Of a stretch of DNA of 64,000 nt, positions 51,996 to 61,346 are shown one piece after another. The notes beneath the pieces are model-generated. The model saw nothing but the letters and a program-made list of their open reading frames with translations, did no database searches and had not been told where the DNA came from. The stretch is from Monocercomonoides exilis PA203. Lineage: Eukaryota; Protista; Preaxostyla. Numbering within the stretch: position 1 is the first letter of the stretch; each line of letters opens with the position of its first letter. Made by a program: the position numbers and the translations under genes. The stretch covers positions 186,001 to 250,000 of the forward strand of contig LSRY02000055.1 in assembly GCA_001643675.2 (NCBI GenBank). Direction: 5' to 3'.

Positions 51996-53039
51996 TCCAC
52001 CTTCTCCGCCTTTTCGAAAGATTCGAATAAAAGAGGATATTCCGATGAGTGCAGTTCCGAGGATTGGAAATAAAGCAAGTTTTTGGAAGCAGAACAGAAT
52101 CACTTTCATTGGCAATGAAACATTCAAGGGAAACAAAAAAGGCGAGTTTTGTTGGCAGAAAAGAACAATAATTTGAGAGGCTCAAGAAGAAGAAGAAAGT
52201 GTGTGAAGATTGGCAATAAATATATTTTTAGAGTTTGTTTTATATTATTTTTTTTTCTCAAATTTTTCACATATTTATTTTTTTTATTTTTTTGAGGGAT
52301 TAAGATTTATGGAAGGATGCTTTCAGGCAACGAATGAACATGGGAAAAAGAGCACGTTGGATGCTTTTGAGAAAGCAGGCAATGACAAAAAATTTGAGAA
52401 TATTGAAGAATGAGCCAGAGGTGTTAACTGAAATGAATGGAAGAGGAGGGTTTTGAAGATTTGTGCAGCGATTTGAAAAAGAAGAAGGGGAAGCGACGGA
52501 AAAGAGTAATCGGAAAATTGAGGAAATGGTTGAAGAAGAAATGTGACAGGAAGTCAAGAAGGATATGAAGAAGAAGATGATGATTTCGAAAAGAAAATGG
52601 TACTGATTTGTGATATTTTTAATATCAATTTTATGTTTTTTTTTAAATTTTTATTTTCAATGATGACAGGGACTTTTGCATGAATATTCAAAAGGAATGG
52701 ATGTGAATGGAATATGGAAAGAAGGCAGAAGATGGTTACAATTGAAAAAGCGATTTTGAAAAAAGCAAATGATGAAGGATGCTGGAATGTTGTTTCCATT
52801 CAGAAGCATTGAAGAAAAAAGATGCTTTTCTGCTTTTAATGGGAGCCAATCGTCTTCAGCAGAAGAGGTGGGGAAAGAATCTGACTTTAGGAAATAATTT
52901 GCGACAGGCGCCAAGAGGCAAAAAAGGTATATGGTCAAAAAATCAAAAGAGAAGGAAGCGTTTCAGTTTGCGAATCTCTCATCTCATCTTCTTCCTCATT
53001 CCTCTTTTCAATATCTATATCCCTTGAATCCCTCTCTTA

Positions 53040-54630
53040 TCTGACATTTTTCAACATCTCAACAGCAAATGATGCATGTTCACCTCCAACCACTACGTCA
53101 GTCCAAACAACATGCCTGATGAGCAGTTGCTCATTTACGTCTGTTTATGATGCGTATGATGGAGGTATTGTTCATTCCCTCAACAACCCCTTTGCCTCTT
53201 TGACAGCCTCAAATACTTCATTCATTGGGTGTTGTCGGACAAGAAATGTTGAATGCATTGGAACTGCAGATAGAAAATTGACTCCGGGGAGACAAAACGA
53301 AACAGAAAATGGATCCAATTCGTTTATTTGGTGCGAATGGAACGGATCGAAGGCTACTGGAGAAGTTAGCTCATACGCCGATGGCTCTTCGAATGGTGGA
53401 GCAATTTGCATGTTCAGCTTATCTTCTGGAACGCTTTCAGTGAAGTGCTGTTCGTTCAGTGGATGTGAAGCGTATTATTCGGGAGGAGGCATTCATTGCT
53501 ACAACATCAAATCGGTTGATATTACAAATAACACATTCGACTCATGCACTGCTCGAACATGGATTGGAGGAGGAATGTATGTGTATGGAATTTCTTCTTG
53601 TGTTCGGATCAGTGGATGCGAATTTCAGAATTGTCAGGCACACCACGATGGAGGAGGGTTGAGATTAGAAAATATTCAAGTGAAAGGAACAGGATGTGTT
53701 GGAGATGAGAATGGAGGAGGAGAAAGTGCGTGTGTGTTTGACTGCAGCTTTTCTTCATGCTCTCTTTCAAATAATTGGGGTGGAGGAATGTGTTGTTATA
53801 ATATAGTTCCCCAGTTCAAGATGAGGAGCGTTCAATTTATCTCATGCACTGCAATGGGATATGGAGGAGGGTTTCATTTAAATCCATATAAACAAAATGC
53901 ACCAGATGATAGGATTTATTGTTTTTTCCTTTTCTTCCATGAATGCAAATGCAGGGATGCATCCAATCCATATGGGCATGATGTGATGTATTATGATCGC
54001 TATGATCTTTTTAATTCTTCAGGAAATCCATTTCATGAATGCTACACAACGAATACAGATGAGCAGAGAGTATGTTATGGATATGATAATACGGGAAGTA
54101 GTTGGTCGTACTATCACACAGAAAAGAAGGATTGGCTGAAGGACAAGACGTTATATGTTTCTGTGAGTGGAAATGACTTGAATGAGCTGTGCGGATCAAA
54201 TGAAGCATTTCCTTGTCTGACGGTGAAGAAGGCGTTTGAGATGTGTGAGGTGCAGATTAGCTTGGCAATCACATTAATGGAAGGGAATCACATAAGCGAG
54301 ACAACAACTATTGATATTGGGTCAAAGAAGATTTCAGTCATTGGGATGGGCAAAGGGAAGAACAAAATTGGATTGGAGGTGGATTTGTGTTGTTCATCCT
54401 TCTCATCTTCTTCATCTTCTTCATCTTCGCATTTTTTGTTATCTTTGTTTTCTTCTTCTTCTCTTCCTATTTTTAAGCAAGACACATTTTCATCTTCTTC
54501 TTTTCCATATTCTATTTCATTGTCATCTAATTCTTCTTCGCTTTTAAAAAGAAATCCATTGATTCTTTTCGACATCTTTCTCTTTCTCTTTGCCATCATT
54601 AGCCTCTTATTTTTTTTTTTTTTTGTTTAA
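53040..54630 (+). pseudogene. Beta-helix cassette F (open core; 3' end runs into low-complexity sequence)
   Basis: LTFFNISTANDAC.. lies in frame upstream of ATG 53119. Family homology ends near KKISVIGMGK (~54355). Confidence 0.8.
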
Positions 54631-55232
54631 TTCAGGTTTTCGTTCCCCTTCATTTTCATCTTCTTTTTCATCTTATTCAGAGATTTTGGATTTTGGAGTT
54701 CTTGGAGAAGAAGGAAATGTGAGGATTGGAAAGAGAAAATATTTCAGGAGAAAAGGAAAGGAATGCTATTTGCAATGAGATTGGAATCAAAGGCGAAGAA
54801 GATGGATGAGGTGGAAGAAAGAATCAATGTTAGAAGAAGAAGAAGAAAGAAAGAAGTCAGTGAAGAGGAGCGAATGAAAAAGGCATGAGTTTTTATTTAT
54901 CATTATAAAAACATCTTATCTTGTAATTTCTTTTCTTTTCTTTTCTTTTCTTTTCTTTTCTTTTCTTTCTTTTTTTTGTATATATATATTTATTTAAAAG
55001 AGATTAGGATTTTAGAAAAGGAGGAGAAGCGATAGAAGAAAGAGCGAAAAGCGGATGAGATGACAAAAGAGGGAGTCTGACAAGAATTTGAGAAAAAGAA
55101 GGAATGAATTAGAAAATTGATTGAAAAGGAATGAATGGCGAGGAATGAGAGGGAAAAGGAATTTGAAGAGAAAATGTTTTGAGGAGTATTTGAAAAAAAG
55201 TTGGAAAAAGGGAAAATGATGAAAAGTTTGTT

Positions 55233-56987
55233 GTGGGGATGGGGAGGGACGATGAGGCAGGGGCATTTGATGTGAGTGGGAGCATTGGGGTGTTGAGGAA
55301 CATCACATTGAAAGGGTGGAGAAGAGGGGGAGAGATCTATTCAGGCAGGCTGTTTGGAGGGAAGGGATATGGAGGGGAGAAGAGTGGAAGTGAAGAAAAA
55401 GGAGAAGGAGGAGGAGAAAGTGGAAGAGATAGAGGAAGAGGAAGAGAAGGAGATGGATATGGAGAAGGCATTGAAGGGAGTATTTCAGTGAGTGAATCAC
55501 ACTTCTCTTCTTTTTGTGTCTCATCAGCCCCATTCCTTTCGTCCCCTTCAATACCCCTTATATCCCTCTCCAGACTCACTTTTTTCAACATCTCAACAGC
55601 AAATGAGGCATGTTTGCCTTTAACGACTATGTCAACCCAAACATCATATCTAATGAACAGTTGCTCCTTTTCATCAGTTTGCGACGCATATGATGGAGGG
55701 ATTGTTCATTCCCTCAACAACCCCTATGCCTCTTTGTCTGTTTCAAACACCTCGTTTGTCAGATGTTGTCGGACAAGGAATGTTGTATGTGAAGGAAATG
55801 CAGATAATAAGAAACAGCCAGACAGACAGAACGAAACATCCAATGGAGCAAACACATTCACTTGGTGCGAATGGAACGGATCGAGGACAACAGGAGCAGA
55901 AAATTCATACTCAGATGGAGTGTCAAGTGGAGGGGCAATCTGCATGTACAGTCAGACGTCGGCATCGGTGTCTGTTTCGCATTGCGTGTTCAATGGATGC
56001 ATTGCATACAGCCGGGGTGGGGGAATAATGTGCTATAATATAAAATCCGTTGAGGTTGTGAACAATTCATTCAATGCATGCACAGCTCAGAATTTCTATG
56101 GAGGAGGGTTGTATGTTTATTTGATTTCAACATGTGTTCGGATCAGCGGATGTGAATTTCAGAATTGCAAAGCAAGCGCTGAAGGAGGAGGTTTGAGATT
56201 GGATAATTTTCAGGTTTCAGGAGCTGATTGCATTCCAACAGAAAATGAAGGAGGAGAGAGTGCGTGTGTGTTTGACTGCAGTTTCATTTCGTGCTCAATT
56301 ATCAATTCATGGGGTGGGAGTATGTATTGCAGAAGCGTTCCATCATCGTTCCAAATGACAAACATTCAATTCATTTCGTGCTCTGCATCAACAAGAGGAG
56401 GCGGATTGCATTTGGAGCCAAATAAAACAGCTGTTCCAACAGATGGGATTTATTGCTATTTCCTCTTCTTCCATGGGTGCAAATGCTCTGCAGCCACTCC
56501 ATACGGGCATGATGTTGAGTATGTCGATACTCACAATGTCTATTTGAACTCTGGAATTCCGTTCAAAGAATGTTATACCACAAATACTGACAATCAGAGA
56601 GTGTGCTTTGCATACAATTATTCGAGTTCAGGATCTTGGGCATATCAGCACACAGAAAAGAAGGATTGGCTGAAGGACAAGACGATATACGTGTCAGTGA
56701 GTGGAAATGATACAATTCCACTTTGTGGGGCAAATGAATCAAATCCGTGTCTGACAGTGAAGAATGCGTTTGAGATGTGTAAGATACAAATAAGCTTGAC
56801 AATCACGCTGATGGAAGGGGATCATCAAAGCGAGGCAACAACAATTGATATTGAAGCAAAGAAGATTTCAGTTATTGGGAAAGGCAAAGATAAAATTTCG
56901 ATTGGAACAGGAGCACTTTCTTCATCTTCTTCTTCCTTCTCATCTTCCTCTGCTTATTATTTCTCCTTCTCGACATTTTTTATTTAA
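55233..56987 (+). pseudogene. Beta-helix cassette G (begins at GMG..AGAFDVSGS, no signal peptide)
   Basis: 584-codon ORF with the same 5' truncation point and upstream flank as C. It ends in a Ser/Phe-rich tail after GTGALSS. Confidence 0.8.
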
Positions 56988-57943
56988 AAAAATGTTCTCC
57001 AATCGCTTCAGTTCACTTCATGTGAACAGAAAATCAGCAAACGGCTTCAAATCTATTTTTCTGCTTTTATTGGTTTTTGGAAGCAGATACTTGAGATTAC
57101 GAAGAACTTGGAGCAGAAAGACAGAATCAGAGCATTTGTTGATGCTGCTAATTGTGAAGGCATTGCCAAATTCATAATTATTATCACCAACTTTATCATC
57201 AATAATTTTTTTTTCAGAAAATATAAACCTTCATTGCCATCTTTTTCATTTTCTTCCGACTCTTTGTCATTATCATTGTTGTCTTCTTCCTCTCCTCCTC
57301 ATTCTTCTTTTTCATTCTCACCTGTTTGTTTGAATGAAATTATTGAAATTATTCTGGATCAGACTAAGATGTGGATTTGTATTTCGAGATTTCTTTTTTT
57401 TACAAGAAAGGGAGAAATGCTATTAATTTCTTGAAAGAAAGCAGAAACATTTCAAATGGGCTTTGTTGTTAGAAAGGATAACAATTTGGAGGAGGGAGAA
57501 AAGAAATTCTTTGAAGTTTGGTCGATGAAAATAAATCAACATCGAGAATGGAAGGAGAGGAAATTTGATGAATCTTTGAAAACTGTGCACAAAAAATGAA
57601 ATACATTTTGTGTGAAATGAGGAGGATGAAATAAATGAAAGGAAAGGAAAAGAAGTGATTTTTTTTTTTGAACGTTTTAAAAAGCATGTTAAATGAATCA
57701 TATTAAATGAAAAAAGAATGAGAGGAAGTTGATGAAAAGAAGAAAATAAAAATTTGACAAATATATGACCGGAAGAAAATTGAAGAAGAGATATTTGTCA
57801 CGAAAATAGATGAAAGAAAAAATTCAATCAAAACGAATGAAGGGAATAAATAAGAGAAATGAGAAAAAGGAAAATTGAATAAATGATTTTTTTTGAAGAA
57901 TATTTGAAGAAAAGTTAGAAAAAAGAAAAAGAAGAAAGTTTAA

Positions 57944-59752
57944 CTAAAATTGATGAGGATACGAAGAAGATGAAGTTGATATTGCACCATCATCCAATGA
58001 GAGTGACCCACTTCCAAAATTTACAACAACCACACTTTGAGAAGGACTTAAATTTGAGTTGTAATCAATCTTCATGTGCAATAAACCAAGATGACCTGTT
58101 GACACACTGAACAGAGTTCCTACCGATGAAAGTGCTCCTATTCCAATCGAACTCTCCGTCCTCCCCTTTCCAATGACTGAAATCTTCTTTGCCCCAATCT
58201 CAATTGTTTCTGTCTCGCTTGTGTGATCCCCTCCCATCAGCGTGACTGACAGACTCACCTGGATCACGCTCCGAATGACTGCAACACCAATGGTTCTGCA
58301 TGCACTTGACTCATCCAATCCGCACAACTCTTCTGCGTTTCCTCCGCTCACTGCCACAAACCGATTGAGAATCCCCCTCTTCAGCCAATCCCACTTTTCT
58401 GTGTGATAGAACGACCAACCACTTACCGTGTAATCATATGCATAGCACACTCTCTTCTCGTCTGTGTTTGTTGTGTAACATTCATGAAATGGGTTATTAG
58501 AAGATAAACAGAGGTTGTATCTGTCCTCGTAATGTATGTCATCTCCATATGATGGATTACTGGAACAACTGCAGTTGTGAAAGAACAAAAAATAGAAATA
58601 CAGTTTGTCACTTGGCAGTACTTCTTTCCATGGAGAAAAGAACAATCCGCCTCCTTTTGTTGATGCGGTGCATGAAAGAAACTGAATGCTCCTCATTTTG
58701 AATTTTGTCTCAGGCACATTTTTACAAAACATTCCTCCGCCAAGTGAATTTGTGATTGAACATGAAGTGAAACAGCAGTCAAACACACACGCACTCTCCC
58801 CTTCTCCTATTTCTTCTCCAATGCATCCTTGCCCTGAAACCTGAAAATTATTGAGATTAATCCCTCCTCCATCGCTGTATGCCTTGCAATTCTGGAATTC
58901 ACAACCGCTGATCCGAGCACATGTTGAAACAGAGCTGATATACATTCCTCCTCCATATTGATTTTGTGCTGTGCAAGCATTGAACACATTATTTTCGATA
59001 CGCACAGATTTGATTGTATGACACATAATTCCACCCCCACGGCTGTATGCAAGACAGTTATTAAACAGACAATTCGAAACAGAAAGTTCTCCAGAATTGA
59101 GATTGTACATGCAGATAGCCCCTCCGCTTGACACTCCATCAGTCCACGAGTCACTTTCTCCAGTCGTCCTCGATCCGTTCCACTCGCACCAAATAAACGA
59201 ATTGGATCCATTTTCTGTTTCGTTTTGTCTCCCCGGAGTCAATTTTCTATCTGCAGTTCCAATGCATTCAACATTTCTTGTCCGACAACACCCAATGAAT
59301 GAAGTATTTGAGGCTGTCAAAGAGGCAAAGGGGTTGTTGAGGGAATGAACAATCCCTCCATCATATGCGTCGCAAACTGATGAAAAGGAGCAACTGTTCA
59401 TTAGATATGATGTTTGGGTTGACATAGTCGTTAAAGGCAAACATGCCTCATTTGCTGTTGAAATATTGAAAAATGTGAGTTTGGAGAGGGATACAAGGGG
59501 TATTGAAGGTGAAGAAAGGAACGGGGCTGATGAGACGCAAAAAGAAGAGAATCGTGATTCACTCACCGAAATACTCCCTTCAATGCCTTCTCCATCTCCA
59601 TCTCCTTCTCTTCCTTTTCCTCTTCCTCCTTCTCCTCCTTTTTCTTTGCCTTCACTTCCACCCTTCTCCCCTCCATATCCCTTCCCTCCAAACAGCCTGC
59701 CTGAATAGATCTCTCCCCCTCTTCTCCACATTTTCAATGTGATATTTGTCAT
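57944..59752 (-). pseudogene. Beta-helix cassette H (mosaic; homology starts at NITLK, no signal peptide)
   Basis: Long ORF with ATG at 59752 (MTNITLK). Segments are identical or near-identical to G, F, A and D/E in succession. Confidence 0.8.
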
Positions 59753-60213
59753 TATTTCGATTCGTTTTCCAATTAAAAATACTTCTTCCAAACATGATGG
59801 TTTCACTGATCTCTTTTTGAAAAAGAGGCTAATTAAATTTTTTGATTAATTATTTTTCAATATATATATTTTAATTTTGACTTTCAAATATTCATTTTGG
59901 TGATTTCTTCAAAATTTTGCTTTTTTGAAAATGAGAGAAATTTTGTTTCTTTCAATTGTTTTTATATATAAAGCTCTGAACTTGAAAAATCTTTCTAGAA
60001 AAAACAAATGTATTTGAATGAATGAAAGAATTAAAAAATATTATTTTTTATTATTAAATAAATATTCAAATAATTTCAAAATATCTTATTCCGATAAAAA
60101 CAAGAGATAATTTCATTTTGATTACAAAAATTCTCATTTTGAGTAATTATTAATACATTTTCAAATTGGAATTTTTTGTTTTTATTTTGGGAAAAAGGAT
60201 GGGAATATGGAAG

Positions 60214-60233
60214 AGGAGAGAGAGAGAGAGAGA

Positions 60234-60268
<35 letters not shown>
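60214..60268 (+). repeat. (GA)n microsatellite
   Basis: Interrupted GA run. Confidence 0.9.
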
Positions 60269-60272
<4 letters not shown>

Positions 60273-60598
60273 ACTGAAAATTAGAAAAAAATGGAAGAAG
60301 GTGAAGAAAGCGAGTGATAAACAAAATAATTTGATTATTCTTTTTGAAAAGAAGAAAATGTTTAATAAATGGTTGAAACAAAATTGAACATTTATTGATC
60401 ATTTTTCAAAAAAAAATCAATCAAAGTTCATAAGTTAGCAAATTAGAATATCAAAACCAAATTGATGTTTGGATGTGTGCATTTAAGAGAACAATGAAGA
60501 TTTTATTCCAAATACAAATCAAAAAAGGTTGAATGTTATTTAACCCAGATTTATAACATTTGCGACTTTTCAAAAGGAATAGCTCAATTATTAAAATA

Positions 60599-61004
60599 TA
60601 GTAACTTTCATAATAGGTGGACACTTTCCTAATGGCTGGACAGTAGCCTTTTCTCTGCAGGTGATGAACGTAGAATATTGATTTTTTCCCACATCATTTG
60701 AAAGGTGAATGTGAGTAAATGAAGCATTCTGAGAATACTTTATTCTTGTTCATTAATTTTTTAAAAACAAATTTTGTTTTTCGGAGATATTCAGAAAAAC
60801 TAATCACTCCGTGTTTCTCCGAAAAACAAAATTTGTTTTTAAAAAATTAATGAACAAGAATGAAGTTTTCTCTAAATGCTTCATTTACTCACATTCACCT
60901 TTCAAATGATGTGGGAAAAAATCAATATTCTACGTTCATCACGTTTTGAGAAAAGGCTTCTGTCCGGCCATTAGGAAAGTGTCCGCCTATTATGAAAGTT
61001 ACTA
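60599..61004. mobile_element. Foldback MITE, 406 bp, TA flanks (Tc1/mariner-pogo-like termini)
   Basis: Arms 60599-60787 and 60816-61004 are reverse complements with about 11 mismatches in 189 bp around a 28-bp loop. The ends read TA|TAGTAACTTTCATAATAGG(T/C)GGACAC...GTTACTA|TA. Confidence 0.85.
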
Positions 61005-61105
61005 TAATTGTTTTCAATTTGGAAGAAATACAACAAATGATACAATAAGTCCATAATTGTTTTGTTCAGTCACTTTGGTTTTGTTTTCAGGAAAAAAATA
61101 AAAAG

Positions 61106-61346
61106 TGTCTTAATTTTTTTGTAAAGTTCCCTTTGTTTAATTTTCAAAAAAAAATAAAATTCATATTTCGATCAAATTTCTGTTTCTACTCATCAAATTT
61201 CTCTGCCATGAAAACAAAATCTTTAGATTTGTATAATTTCTATTTTTGTGAAGTTTCATGAGAGAGAACAGAAAATTGATCGAAATATGAATATTTAATT
61301 CTATATGAAAATTTAACAAAAGGAACTATACAAAAAAATAAAGACA
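61106..61346. repeat. Older imperfect inverted repeat (probable degenerate MITE)
   Basis: 61106-61193 (tgtctt..gtaaagttccctttg..attcatatttcgatcaaatttctgtt..) pairs with 61258-61346 (..aacagaaaattgatcgaaatatgaat..caaaaggaactatac..aagaca). Confidence 0.7.

Noticed and set aside
51159-52078. Long poly-F/I, poly-L/H and poly-K/M ORFs (also at 2868-3575, 15348-16109, 35589-36303, 38949-39409)
   Set aside because: These are open frames produced by TTC/GAA-type tandem repeats with no domain content.
11258-59806. Chlamydial Pmp genes or bacterial contamination
   Set aside because: There is no autotransporter beta-barrel and no operon structure. The context has spliceosomal introns, microsatellites and a flagellar gene fragment.
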